Source: Tubiluchus corallicola (taxonomy: Eukaryota; Animalia; Priapulida). From it: a stretch of DNA of 64,000 bases. Shown piece by piece: positions 33,001 through 53,949 of the stretch. The stretch covers positions 496,001 through 560,000 of the forward strand of contig JAQGDQ010000072.1 of NCBI GenBank assembly GCA_030141605.1. The letters are read 5' to 3'. Numbering within the stretch: position 1 is the first letter of the stretch; each line of letters starts with the position of its first letter. Under the pieces are notes generated by a model, which saw only the letters and a program-made list of their open reading frames with translations, did not search any database and was not told the origin of the DNA. Position numbers and translations under genes: made by a program.

Positions 33001-36000
33001 TGGCACAGGAATTTATAATCGTATCACAAGACGCTATGGTGTCTAGCAATGCTGCTTGTCCACAATCCCACAAACGAGCTGTCCCATCTCTAGATACAGA
33101 AACTACATTGCGTCCTCTATCCACAATAGCAGTATCACTAATTCCTAGAAATTTAGGAGAAAGTCAGTTCCTGTCAAATGCATTGTAATAAGACTGGGTT
33201 TAATCACCCCACAATATTTTCTTCTGAATACAGGACAATTTTCTCCTTGAAACTCTTATAACAAAAGCCACACATCAATTCTAAAGTGTGAACAATTACA
33301 ATGCACAACCCTCATTAATTCACAAATTCTGTATGCTGATTTGTTTCGATTGTACTTCTTTCTTGTCATCCAGTGAAGTTTTATTATTGGCTTAAATTCA
33401 TACTAAAATCTATAGATATTGGTGGCTGTTGCACTAAGACTTCAGTGGTTTAGTGGTGAGCTGTTGAGTGCTAGACGGGTCGGACCTGGTCCTGTTCTCC
33501 TAGATTTTGACATTCAACCACTCTAGCATAAATATAGAAAAGGTTGGTAAATTCTCTATGTTCTATCAATAGTCTCTGTGATCTCTAAAGTTAACATCTT
33601 CTTAGGTTGGCTAAAGTTAGCACATTAAGTTACATATTTTCAGGGTTCCTAGTGCACCTCTATTTAAACTGATAAATGTCTCGAAATTCTTTCTTTTCCT
33701 CGTCTACAGTGGCTAACCCTGGTGTGCAGAGAAGTATAATCATGTTAATTCCCTGCTAATTCTTGTTAATCATCATCTTGTGAGTGCAGTTCTAACAAAC
33801 CAGGCATATTTTTATAGCTAATCGCATAACACAGAAATAAGAAAATGTGCGATATCATAACTATAAAAATGAAATATCTATATTTGCAAACATATTAAGT
33901 CAAATTTGTCTAAAACTCTTAATGGTAAGATAAGTGTGTGAAGACAGACAGAGATACAGCAAACAGATAAAGTTATAAAAAAGTGCGTGTGGATTACTGG
34001 ACAGATGGAGTCATAAACAACATATTTTGAACTTTTAAAATGCATAAATAATAAAAACAAACATGAATGCCAAAAATAATCAGAAGTAAAACATACTAAA
34101 AACGAATACAACAAAACAATCACTAGTGGGTAAGTTCACAATGTAAAATCTACCAATGCTCATTGACAGCCACATAAAACAAAAATTAGTTAATAATTAA
34201 ATGAATAATAATGTACATGTCTGTACAATTACACAAATCTGTACAAGCAAGATTATACTAAAATGCCATACCTCTTGTGTGACCAACTAATGTGACTGGA
34301 CATTGTCCTGTCTCTGCTGACCAGATCTTTAACTGCATATCAGAACCACCAGACAGGACTACCACGCCTGAAGGAAAAAATCTGCACACGGTTACATCTC
34401 CCAGGTGACCAGTCAGTTCTCTCTAAATAAATTTAAAAAGTGGAATGTTTAAATAATAATTTACTATTACAATCATTATGTTGATAGGAAAGTCTAACAT
34501 TCCCCGGGTTAATAAAAACAGACATCTGTAGTACAGAGAAATGTGCAGACTGCTCCTAAGTTCACCACTTTTTATCCCTAAACCAGCTTTCTCAAATGTA
34601 TTATTGATGTGGCTCATTCTTTTGCACAGGAAAAAATGATTCAAAAGAATAGTATTAAGCAAGTTTGATCAGAATATGGAACGTTCAGACTGTTGTGTTT
34701 AATTCCTATGCTAAACTGACAAACTTCACATTTGTTCTTTTTTAGTTTAATAATTGTAATTTTTCAAACAGTAATAAATTAAAATCTGTTAATACCTAAT
34801 TATTTTATAACCAGTGATTTATTTACCACATATCTGACAAAGTTGAGAATAAGCCTCTTCACAGCTCCACCGATTAATGATGATCATGAAAAGACCAAAG
34901 GTTAAGTGTACCAGGCAACACATTTGTGTGAACACTTAACAAATGCTATTGTAATAGTAACAGCTTTTGCATGTTTTAACAGCTAGTTAGAACCTTACCT
35001 AGTTCACTTTCTGTTGTTCCCAAGCAAGATCCTGCAAGTAAATCACTCTACATACAGACTAATACATAATTAAGTAAAGTATACATAAAACAGTTGACGT
35101 TAGTAAACTGACGAGCCAGGCAGCTTTACGTTTCCCAAGATGCGTTGCTGTGGTACCCTTAACCTTTGACCTGCAGCAACAGTGCATACGCACAGCAAAA
35201 CTGCGAAAAAGCTTACTAACTGTGAATGACACTACACAGAAAAACAATGTCAGGAAAGTAGATCAGTGAAACATAAAAGGTGATGGTGGTGGCTTGGTAT
35301 TCTTCACAATTACAAATTTCTACGAGTCATCAAAAGAAATAATGAAAATAACAATAGTCAGTCATTTTGTAACATAAAATAACCTTATAAGAAACTGTAA
35401 CACAGCTTACAACCTACAAAAATGCAAGTTTAGCCCATTTATGCATAGGTTTGCGCTTTCTTTACAGAAAGATTATTGTGGGACATAACAAAATCAGCAG
35501 TACGTATTTTAAGAAACCTATATTCAGTCAGTAATACAAAAAATTTTGAATGTCCTATATGTGGAATGCTATGCTCACTTACTACTACAGAGTGCATTAG
35601 ACGTTATTGTGCTTTATGGAATCTTTCAAAGCAAGCAATGTGTATTTCCATTTGGCACTTCTCACATTTAAATTTTACCTTTATGTCGCACAAAGCACAT
35701 CTAATTTGAGTCAAATTTGGTTGTGGATAATATCCAATAGTCACATGTAGTATCGTATGGCACTCTCCTGTCAATTGATTTTGATTTGTCTCCTGATCCA
35801 GTACCTTTCTATCTCTAGCCAAACTCTTTGCTACTTAACAATGAAAAGAAAGTCAAGAATTCTCTTTGTGCTCAGATTCCCTGTGTAAATCAGAAACCAG
35901 GCATTCTGCATTGCGCCATCAGCAAGGAAGCAGAAAATAGGCCACCACCATTTTGTACTCTTATGCTGACCATGTGTTTCTCAATATTTTAGTCCACTTG

Positions 36001-39000
36001 TCTCTCCCACCCACTGAAGTATTGTAAGCCTTTATCAGATATGGTCAGGAAACATCATTTTTTTGCTTTTCTGCTGCTGACCACCTTCCTGCTTTTCCTA
36101 CAGGATTAACTCCATAAATACGTTGAGGCAACCGTTACAATACTATTGTTGTGCCACCTGTTTTAAATTATGTTTGCATTTTTATTCAGCTTTGAGTTGA
36201 AAGGCCCATGTGGCCACTTCTTCCAGATGGCTGCTTCCTCCAAAGGACATTTTTCAATCCTATTTCCTCTGACGATTTCTGTGGCAAAAATTTTCTTCAG
36301 CTGCTAACTTTTCAATTAATGCAAGAGATGTAAAGAAATTGTCAAAATATACTTCATAATTTCATTTCTTTGGTAACTCAGATAACAAATCGAGAGCTAC
36401 AGAGCCACCCAATCCAACTTCAGCATTATACGTTGAAGCAGCACCTTGATAGGTTCAAGGTGCATAGGATAGTCTGTAACAGTATTTAGACTCCACAGTT
36501 CCAATCCAAATTGGATTAGATACACCAATGAACTGCTTGGCTCCATACCTCCAAAAATAAGGAACCATGCTTTCCCAGCCTGAAGCTTACCACAAAACTG
36601 GGAAGTACATCAAAAATCTTTTACACTGGTATGGTAAAAATTTGTCTTAACTTGCAAAATTTGTCATCTAGTGGCAAATTCGTACTATGCAGAATCTCTT
36701 CAAATCTGTTAACGGTTATAGAATCAGAAACCATCCTTGTGTCTTCACAACCCTCCCAATACATTCTTCACCAAGGAACTTTCACATATTATGACATTAG
36801 CAATATGCCCAAAACTCCAAAAAGCTCCTCCTTAAAAATTCTGTACTGTGTCTCTCCTTCCTGATAAGAATATAGTTTTGACATTTCTACAAAAAAATTT
36901 GTGACCTCATCATCAAAAATCAACTCAAACAAAGATCAAGGAATCAACTGAGACTGTAAAAATTTTGGCTTTTGCACATAAAAATTAGTAGCTGGCTCTT
37001 GAATATCATCATTTGTCCAGTTTCTTTGCATTGACATTTGATATTTATTTTATTTGATATTTATTTATTTATTTTAGCCATAACAAATTAATATAATAAT
37101 AAAAAACATACAAGACAATAAATTGGCCAGGCAGACCTGTACAAGGTGAAAAGACCATCGCATAACATACAGGCCACCCATAGTAAAGTGACCCACTGCA
37201 GAGTTACATAGTAAGCATAGATGACAACGAAATGGGAGACTATGGCACTATCTTACATGCATTATTACACAAAGGAAAAAACATGTAAATTTGAATTGCA
37301 TGAGGAATATTTTCTCTCAGGAACCTTTGGCTTATCATTTGATATATCTCCTTCATCATAATCAGCATCAAGAACAGGATTTGTCAGTAGCAGATACAGC
37401 CAAAACTATTGAGTTTCTATTCATCCTCACTGCCACTGTCTTTATCTGACTTTAACAGTGCATCATCAGATGGCATAGTTGCAATAGTCACCTAGGCAAA
37501 TAATTCATAAGTTGCATCTCCTAAGCATGGCAGTACATAATGAACTGTGTATCAGGAAACAATGAAAAGTATTAAACTGTATATGCCTAATGCATAGCAT
37601 CATGTATTTCGGACATTTGATTTAGTTTGAAAATGACACTTAAATTCATACTCATTTTTAAGTTTCGGCATTTTGCTAAAATATGCATCGTCCCTCATGT
37701 TTAGTTCGCAACCCCTGCACTGCCACAAAAAGACTTAAAACAACGGAAAGGCGATCTTTACAAGGACACAAATAGCAACTCTTTGCGATCAAAAGAGGAT
37801 TTGGGAACACAGTATGGAATACACATGCTAGGCTTCTTAATACATGTCCCACATATGGGATGGTATGCATAAATGGGCTAAGATTAAAATCAAATACATT
37901 TAAAATTTACAATACACGAGCAAACAATGCTCACTAAATGTAATTATTTTACCCTGAGTTCTCCAGTAGATGTCTCCCATATCAGAAGTTTATTTTCTGA
38001 ACATGCTGATACAGCCAGGCCCCCACTTGACACATCTAGACTTCTAACCTGTAAGACATACGAGATATGAGACAGAAAATCGTAAAAAAACTTGTTTTAC
38101 ATTGCAATGCACAGCTTATGCAAATACATAATATTATATACTTCTACATACATAATAATTACTGGTATACAGATATATATTAGAAAATATATTATTATAA
38201 TTGATAAATAGTAATAGTACAACCTTTCAGCACTCACAGACATTACCATTTCCAGAAGTTCAACATTTTAACAGTACAGAAAAACAACACAAAAACAATA
38301 TAGCATTTAACATGGCAGAAACAAAATAAGTATGATATTTGTCAGCCAAATGGCAAATGTATATTTTTTATGTTATAAGTGAAATACAAAAAAAATGAAA
38401 TCGTAAAAACAAAGTAAGATAGGTGGCAAAAGAAAAAACTTACACACTAACAAAGTAAACGTAAGATGTAAACATGTAGTAACCACAGCTTCATTAGCAA
38501 TACTTACACTTTTATTATGAATCTGACTGTAGCTTGTCACAGGTGCAAGAAATGTTGTCACACGGTCGCTTGTCTCAAAACCAACAGTTATGCTCTTCTG
38601 TAAAATGTATATAAAAACATATCCATTATTTCTGTATAAAAAAATTACTGATAAATCCTAGAAAAGGAAAGTGTAAATCTCGCAATTAAAATGCTGTGTT
38701 AAAGATTTCAAGATTTAAGATTGTTTACTTCAGTTATTGAGGATAAACATATAAAGTTAACTCATACATTTAAATGCCATGTGCGAGTAAGAGAGAGATT
38801 GCTAGCCTGTATATCACTCAAAGACTTCATTGTCATCACCCTGAACTAATATGTCTCCGCACATAGTAAATTTTCACACTAAACTTTTTTTAATGCGGGG
38901 TGAGAAATGGCCACACAAAAGACCATGCAAGCTAGTAATGCATTTTACTCAATGTAACAATCAGTATTTGGATCAGTCTTTGTGCAACATGTCTTGGAAA

Positions 39001-41944
39001 CAGGAAATTAAAATCTTCCATGTAATTCTTGCATGCCAAGACTGAATTCACGTCAATCACTAAATAATCACCCATTTCACCTATACGTAGATGCGTTCAT
39101 TAGGTCACGTGACCATTGTAGATATGCAAAACACACTCAATTAACCTTTGACCTACAGCAACTGTGCGTGCACATAGCCAAACTGTGTGAAAAGGCTTAT
39201 TATCATCGACAAATTTCTTTGTGCGTACAAATCTTGAAGTGAGATTTACCTTTGTTATACTGCTACAAGCAAACTTGCCTGACACTCTCAGGTGAGGAAG
39301 CCAATCTGCCGCAAAACCGAAGTTGTTTATTTCACCGTAGTGGCTTTTGGTTTCTAAAAAATATATTTTATTCTTCATAATAATATTCGTAAGTATTATT
39401 CTCAATTTCAAAGCACCAAATGTGCATGTTAGACTGGAAAGTTTGCACTCTGAAAGGACATTTGCATCAAGCGAGTTTAAGAATTTCTATGCAAATAACC
39501 ACATACCTTGTACTCGGGTTACACTGCTGCTGTTTTTTCAATATTAATTAACCTCAAAAAGTATGAAAAGTGACTATTAACATTATTATTAAGTGGTGTG
39601 TGCCAAGCTGCAGCTTTAATGCAGTTTATTGTTTTAACAGTAAAGATGAGTATTTTGAACTATGAAATTTGTTTCATACATCAAAATACAGTAACAGCCT
39701 CACATCAATAAAATTCGAAATAAAAATAATTTAAGTAGTGTGAGGAGGTTGTATGACAATTTGGTCATTTACACACTAAGCTTACTTAATAGAAAAAAAT
39801 AATCATAATGTGTGTGCTTCTGTAGAAGAGTATGATAGACCTAACAATATAAGTGAAAAGGGTGTTATAATAGCAATGGCAAAAATAGAAGTGTGACGGC
39901 TATAACATATATATATACATACTCATACTTATGGTAATAATAAAATCATTTTATATTTTAACATAATAAAATTATGTTAAATATAATATATTGGTAATAA
40001 TCTAGCCATAATAACCATGGAAAGATAAACCATAGAGGGAGACAGACTGTATGAATATAGGCCTAAATTAAGTGATTCATTGGCAAGAATAATGCCATAA
40101 TAATATACAAAATTTTTATAACATGAGGAAAGTAAGGCTGAATATGTGGGGGGGAGTATTGATATTGAATAGCAAACCAACGTTAAATAAAGTGAACTCT
40201 AACTGTAACTGTAACTGAGGGGAAGGGAGATTATATCATAAATAATTATAACTAAATCATTGTAAATCAAATAAAAATATAAATAATCATAATATGCACA
40301 TGAAATGAGTTATGAAAGGGAGGGACATTCATTAGCAAAGTGTAATTCTTCAGCAAAATTATTTTTTTCAAAATAGAGATTGCCATTTTCTTTACATCAG
40401 TGTGCGCAGCTAAAGGATGCATCTTTCTGTTGGAGCCTTGCTTTCAGTGATATTATTGATTATGGGGACCAAGTGGACCACTGCGCCAAGTAGACCAATT
40501 GGTCTACTTGGGCTAGCCCAAGTAGACCGCGTTCTACTTGGGCTGCCCAAGTAGGACACTAGAGACAGGTCGCGAATTGAGGCGTTAAGTGTACTGACAC
40601 CGTCCGTTGTGCTTGTTTATGTAATAATAATAATTAAAAACGTTAGTACACGTTGAATAATTTATTATACATCTAATAAAATAAAAGAATTTTATTCTGA
40701 GCTGGTAGAAGCACAGCGAGGAGGTCGAGAGGTTGGACTTAATTAGCTCAGCAAAAATTTTTTTGATGGCTACCTTGCCTTTGAAGCGATCAGTTTATGC
40801 CCACTCATACATACACACAGTGATTGCTATTTCAGTTCAAAATCAATTTTCGTTTTGTTTTGAAAATATCAGTTTGTTCATAGGGCAACATCGCTATAAC
40901 AAACCAATATTTTTCATCCACACTGAGGATTTGGAATTAATGTTAGAAAAATTTATCAGCTGCATTTTTATAAACATGTTTATGCAATTCAAGTAGGAAA
41001 ATATTTGACTGAATTAGCAAAGCACTTTCACAGAATGTAATACAAAATAAAAATAAATATGACTATGGAAACAATAATAAATACGAGCAAAGTAAATAAC
41101 AGGCTAAGCTACAACAATATTACAAAATAACATTTTGGTTGGGACTCAAAAAACTCAAAAAAGTTATTACTAGTAACACAATAAACCAAAACTTGACAAA
41201 AGGTAAAACTTGATAAAAGTTCATAAACACTGGAATATTCTCACTTAATATTTAAGTCTACAGCTAAACAATCCTACATCTAACACCTACATTTATCGCT
41301 AGTGTCCTACTTGGGCTGCCCATGTAGGACACTACTTTTAGCGCATCAAGTGGTCTACTTGGCGCAGTGGTCCACTCGGCTCCCAACATGATTTATGCAA
41401 TGTGAGAGTGCATTAAAAAAGAACCACCTAAACTGCAAACTACCCCAATTAAGGCTAAAATGAATATGTTCAGTTACATTATGAGGAAAATAATGTTACC
41501 TTTTTTCAGGTATATTATTATTAATTGAGCAACTTTTCAAACAAATACTCTGCTGGTTATAAGCTCACAGTATATTCGTATGGCTTCGTAAGATCGTGAT
41601 ATCAATATAGAGGGTACTAAAGTATTTCAAGAAAAACTCTAAATGCTTTCATTTTATAATACTATAGTATTACTACTAGTAAGTCTTTACTTAGTCGGAA
41701 ATAAAATGTTTGAATTTTCCCATTTTTGCAACTCACCATGACTAGGTTTCCATGACACCCACGCTTTGCCATTTTCCTCCCTAAAAATGAAACAATGTTA
41801 TTTTTGTGAAAGCTAAACGGACTAACAAGCGTAAGTTTTACATGAAATTATTATTTTTATGTGTATCACGCTATCAACTTACCACAACACATCGTCCCAA
41901 TCACATTGAAGTGCAAAACGTGCGTTTACTGGAAGTGTTGTCAT
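27070..41944 (-). CDS. PAAF1: Proteasomal ATPase-associated factor 1 (WD40; Rpn14 homologue), ~403 aa
   Basis: Exons 41944-41883, 41780-41737, 39353-39250, 38597-38508, 38048-37953, 34422-34272, 33144-32950, 30478-30387, 29839-29724, 27331-27070; total 1212 nt, in phase. Motifs LQCDWD, FLAPVTSYSQIH, CRFFPSGVVVLSGGSDMQLKIWSAE, DRGRNVVSVSRDGTARLWDCG, SEREVGTEGKLLLLA, ELTGSDCDPIY, YTACRD. Confidence 0.93.
27622..28035. mobile_element. MITE flanked by TTAA (Kolobok-like, tentative)
   Basis: ttaa|gctcccgcaat ... attgcgggagat|ttaa: short imperfect TIR with TTAA on both sides and no CCY terminus. Confidence 0.5.
28502..29448 (+). mobile_element. Non-autonomous PIF/Harbinger DNA transposon (947 bp)
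   Basis: ~40-bp TIRs ggctgccaggccatagaaactca(t/c)gcttcatgcctcacgct; TTA TSD at 28499-28501 and 29449-29451; transposase N-terminal fragment inside. Confidence 0.92.
28634..28939 (+). pseudogene. Harbinger transposase N-terminal fragment (no DDE core)
   Basis: MESSDEEDFLILL..RRRIWCREH...RGEF....FHNYTRMS..Y..L..LV...L...PIEAEQKLIITLR is the characteristic Harbinger N-terminus; it ends at a probable splice donor. Confidence 0.85.
30582..30758. mobile_element. Tigger/pogo-like MITE (177 bp)
   Basis: ta|cagtcaaacct ... aggtttgactg|ta. Confidence 0.85.
32145..32935. repeat. 91-bp tandem minisatellite (8 full units plus a diverged partial) adjoining a PAAF1 splice donor
   Basis: Units start with cttata at 32145, 32236, 32327, 32418, 32509, 32600, 32691, 32782 and 32873. 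Confidence 0.97.
35434..37877 (-). mobile_element. Decayed piggyBac transposon (PGBD2/PGBD3-like) in a PAAF1 intron
   Basis: 14-bp TIR cccatttatgcata at both ends. Broken transposase frames give MVPYFWRYGAKQFI, KWWWPIFCFLADGAMQNAW and the C-terminal Cys-rich RCALC...KCEKCQMEIHIACFERFH (35604-35822). Confidence 0.9.
40461..41388. mobile_element. Non-autonomous DNA transposon, Ginger-like (4-bp TSD, T(A/G)T...ACA termini)
   Basis: TSD tgat at 40457-40460 and 41389-41392; long imperfect TIRs (agtggaccactgcgccaagtagacca) with repeated ccaagtag subterminal motifs. Confidence 0.8.
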
Positions 41945-42284
41945 GTTTTACCTCACTTTAATGTAGAAATGCGATATGAAATTTATTTTTTGTGTTTTTT
42001 GGCAGGAATGCACGATTTAGCAAAAATTACAAAGCATTCTTACATTACTTATTCCAGCCTGCCTTTGATGTTTCTTGGTGTATCTTAAAGTGTTTTTTTT
42101 TATTTTAGTGCGTGAAACATCACTTATAATCTTCTGTACGTTATCTTCATCGTGCTTGTGCCATTATTTTGTTCGGTAGAAATTTACATGGTAAATTTGT
42201 AATCCATTTGCATCCCGTTGTGTAGTTTTTACGCGTAAATGTGATGGCACGTATTTTAATCAGCCTTAACATAATCTCGTAACG

Positions 42285-42497
42285 ATGTTGTTCAATTTCT
42301 ATTATGCAAATCACCCTTGGCCTCACAGTGTTCTTCGTGGTCATGAGTCCAAGTTATTTGTGCAACCAGCTACAACCAACATCAGATCACACTTTGGGCA
42401 TCCTGTAGTTCAACCATGGAATCATCTTTCATCATCAACCACCAGTGCTTCATCAGTTGACAGTTTCAAGGGGCATATAAGAGAAGACCGTTTATAA
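42285..42497 (+). mobile_element. 3' end of a CR1/L2-group LINE ORF2
   Basis: LRGHESKLF...NIRSHF...VVQPWNHL......SSVDSFK matches the conserved CR1/L2 C-terminus (RGH..KL....R..FF..RV...WN.L.....S...FK). Confidence 0.75.
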
Positions 42498-43073
42498 ATA
42501 GTTACCATCTAGGTCCTTATTTCTTTGGATAAGGTATTCTTGGCCACTCCGGAGAACTAAGAAGTGGCTACAGTAGAAATACTGAAAAAGTGAAAAGATG
42601 GGCACATGTCCAGAGAAATAGAATTCGTGTAATAGCTTAACGTTAAGTAGCAACATGTCCAAAGTATAATTTTGACATTTTTACTGGCGCTTTTACTCTG
42701 GTAGTAAGTACTAATGACTGATAAGTTCTTCGACACTGTTTGTGTTAATATCGAAAGACTTCTGGCAAAAGTTGCAACTATGGAATTAAGAGGTTTTGTT
42801 GCATTCTTAAATAAGACCATTTTTGTTTGGAAGGGTACAGAGTGTTACTCTGGATTGAGCCTGTTCTGAACCTGCTGATGTAATTTATGGAGATGTGCAA
42901 GCTGCAAATGACAGTGTCACTATTATTTTTGATATTCACCATTAGCTTGTTGAATTTTTCGTATCTTTGTAGAGATTAAGAACAAACACGTATAGAGATT
43001 AGGATATCATTAGGAAAGAACAGAAAACGAAATCCTGGCGGCATATTTTTTCAGTGCTTGGGTGCAATACATG

Positions 43074-43118
43074 TCTCCCCCTTCCATTTGCGACATTCAC
43101 TTTAGATTAAAAGTGTAG
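43074..43118 (+). promoter_or_regulatory. Candidate TCT/5'TOP-like start and non-coding first exon of NACA
   Basis: Pyrimidine tract tctcccccttcc followed by a possible donor gtag|gttgaa. The NACA ATG directly follows an acceptor (ttttag|ATG), so an upstream UTR exon is expected. Confidence 0.3.
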
Positions 43119-44224
43119 GTTGAATTTACGTAGTAGGAAGCTTCAAGTACTACAAAGAACAGATGTACTAGAAATAGTGAACTATAATGAAATGATTACT
43201 TATTAAAGTATTTAGGATTTGGCAAGTAACATACAAAAACTCAAAATCACATTGGAGATCAAAATCCCAAAATTACTTAATTACATTTGCACAATATTTC
43301 AATTTGCGTATTGCATAACTCGTAATTGCACAAGGAATTTATATTAAAATATTAGATTAAAGTGGACATGTACAGGAAAGCAAGGAAACAATAAAAAAAG
43401 TTTAAATGTAGTCAAATTTTGAGAATGAGGTTGAGTAGGGCTACGCAACAGTTATATTTCTGAATACAGTATGGCCCATGACCATATTCGTACGTTTCAC
43501 CATATTCGGGAATCTCATGTCCCTCTATGTACAACAGCATGCCTGTAATACAAAGTAAATTTAACTAAATTAATATTAATGTCGTACAAATAAGGGTGGC
43601 TGCTGGGTGATCTCTTGGTCTTTCACTCCCCGTCTCAATGTAGTGTTTAGCATCTTAAAGAAACATTGTATGTTATTATATATGTAAATTTAAATGAGAA
43701 TTAAAACTTTTATCTAATCTAATACAAGCATTCCCCAATAATGTGATCAAATGGCCGTGAACCACACTAGCATGTAGTTAGTATTATAGATTTAAGTATT
43801 TCACAAAAGCGTGTGTAACGATCATCGACTGTACCATGTGGAGATCAAGAACAAAGTCAGAACATAGGGCCAATTAAGGAGGCCATGTAGCAATTAGAAT
43901 GATTACTAATATCATTGTATTATACAAAAAACAAGAAGCAAAATATTCGCATGACACGTATTTTTCGCTGCAATACGCAGGTTGTTATGTTTCCAATTTC
44001 GTACCAGTTCAGTTCCAGTCTGTTTACTTTTTAAAGGTATAAAAATTTATCTACCATTTAATCTTTAAAAAAATGTAAAAACATCATTATTATTAACATT
44101 ATTAATTTATTTTTTATGTATTGCTAATATTTTCCTGCCAATACCAACTGTGACCTATAAGCCATCTTCCCCTCATCCTTTTGCTTAACTTTGCAAAACT
44201 GTAATTAATCTTGTTCATTTTTAG

Positions 44225-52028
<7,804 letters not shown>

Positions 52029-52555
52029 GGGTGAACTGAACAGATGATCTGGTTCGTGAATAACATCTTCAGTGTTTTCATATTAACTCCGCGGAGGCAT
52101 TTGCCTTTTTTTATATATGAACCGTCATAACTTCATACTTGAAAATTAGTATCCACACTGTAGACTAAAAAACATCCATTTGTTTGTGTTTGTTCGTTTG
52201 CTTGGATACGGCTGTTGAACCTCATTTACAGCATTTGTTTACATCTTAGCTTTTCTATTGTAATACAAGTTGAATAAAAATTTATTGAGATGCAGTAAAT
52301 TATGCATAATTCGGTACTGCAGTAGTAACACATAATGAAGTTTGTAAAAAACATTGCTGTCAAGGTGATATTCCAGAATTTTATGTAAGCTTACATAATA
52401 TTATTGCAAGCAGAAATTAGATGCCTGAATGTAAAGCTTATTGATGAACCATCTGTGTGCTATGAGTAACATCTACTAACGTATTCAAACAGCACATCCC
52501 AGTAATGATTCCGTGTACCAAGTGTCAGTGGCTGCCACAAGGTACATATGCAGTA

Positions 52556-52927
52556 CAGTGTTCCCTCACTTATCACGCGTGTTCCGTTCCAGGCCCACCC
52601 GCGATAAGTGAATTTCTGCGAAGTAGGGACGCTATACTTATTTCAGTAGTTATACATTATTTTAAGTCTATAAGTCTCCATCAATCAACCAATCGTATAT
52701 TGCGTACAATCTTACGTCGGCAAGTAGCATTTCAAGCGGGTGCAAGTACTACATTTCGTTTTTGGTGTGTATTCATCCGCCGAATAAATACACTATTTAC
52801 TGCAAATTTATACATTACTGTACAATGTGTACTACGCATGTGCAAAAATACTTTAGACGGAGTACCGCAAAACCTGCGAAACAGCGAGTCCGTGGTAAAC
52901 GAACCACGAAGTAGCGAGGGAACACTG
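52556..52927. mobile_element. Tigger-like MITE (372 bp)
   Basis: ta|cagtgttccctcact ... agcgagggaacactg|ta. Confidence 0.9.
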
Positions 52928-53637
52928 TACTTTAACAATTAACAGAGCAACAGATATAACTGATGTTCAGCGCAGTTTCCTCCAAATACGTATCTATTTC
53001 AGATATTTTGTTGGTCTCTAATATCCCGAGTTATGTAAAGTTTGCCGACTAATTGTTTAAGCATTTGAATTGATACTATTAAGGGCAAATGTTATGGAGC
53101 TGCCAATTTGTTATTTTTTTGTGAAAATGGTTTTGATAACAGAACTTCATTTGCTGATTGTTCTTAATGTGATTGCTTAAAACTTATGCTGTCAGTAATA
53201 CTAAATCAGTTTCTAATGGTTTATCTAGCTGTAACGTCTGTTAGGTAACATTTTTTGTTTTTGTACAATATAATCCGATTTTTATTTTGAGTGAATTAGG
53301 TTTTTGTCACAGTACCTTGACTTGACTGCATAATTTGTCCTTTTAAGTGAAATAGTACCAAGATTGTTGTATGATAAGAAGTGATCAATAACAGTTTGTT
53401 TTACAGATTCCTGTGCTTTTGTTTGATTAGCAAAGAATAAACAGGAATATGATTAACATGAATGATTTGCACCACAATTCTTTCAAGCGAAAAAACTGCA
53501 AACTTGACACCTTGCACCACCCCTGAGTCATATTTTGATGAGTCATCAAGACAGTCCTTATCAGGATTTGGGTTTTCTCTATTATCAATTTCTCATACCT
53601 TTCTAGGCCTTCAATAAATCCAATGTTGAGTATTCAT

Positions 53638-53848
53638 AGTAATGACCGTCACATCAAATTGCATGCATAAGTCATGTACCCAGAAAGAGAAATCTTGTTG
53701 CTTATTTTTTTATAGTAGGATGGCATTCCTACTTTTCTAGTAATGACCATCATGTCAAACTGTTAGCATAAGTCATCTGCACAGACAAAGAAATCTTGCT
53801 GCTTATTTTTTGATTTTGTTATAGTAGGTTGGCATTCCTAGTTTCCTG
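53638..53848. repeat. Diverged tandem dimer, ~100-bp unit
   Basis: agtaatgacc...gcataagtcat...gaaatcttg.tgcttatttttt...tatagtagg.tggcattccta occurs twice. Confidence 0.85.
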
Positions 53849-53949
53849 GTTTTCAACTGCAAAAATACTAAAACTCTCCCAAATCAAGTCATGAATATAC
53901 TGCCAAAATTTGTTTATTAAAGCTTTCATGGTTTAACAGTGTTTAACAG

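Noticed and set aside
42800-43045. THAP-like fragments on the minus strand (FFPND, VICSLH)
   Set aside because: Only two short motifs separated by stops and without the N-terminal CxxxC; could be chance.
52505-52942. 145-aa ORF
   Set aside because: Lies across a Tigger-like MITE and has no protein motifs.
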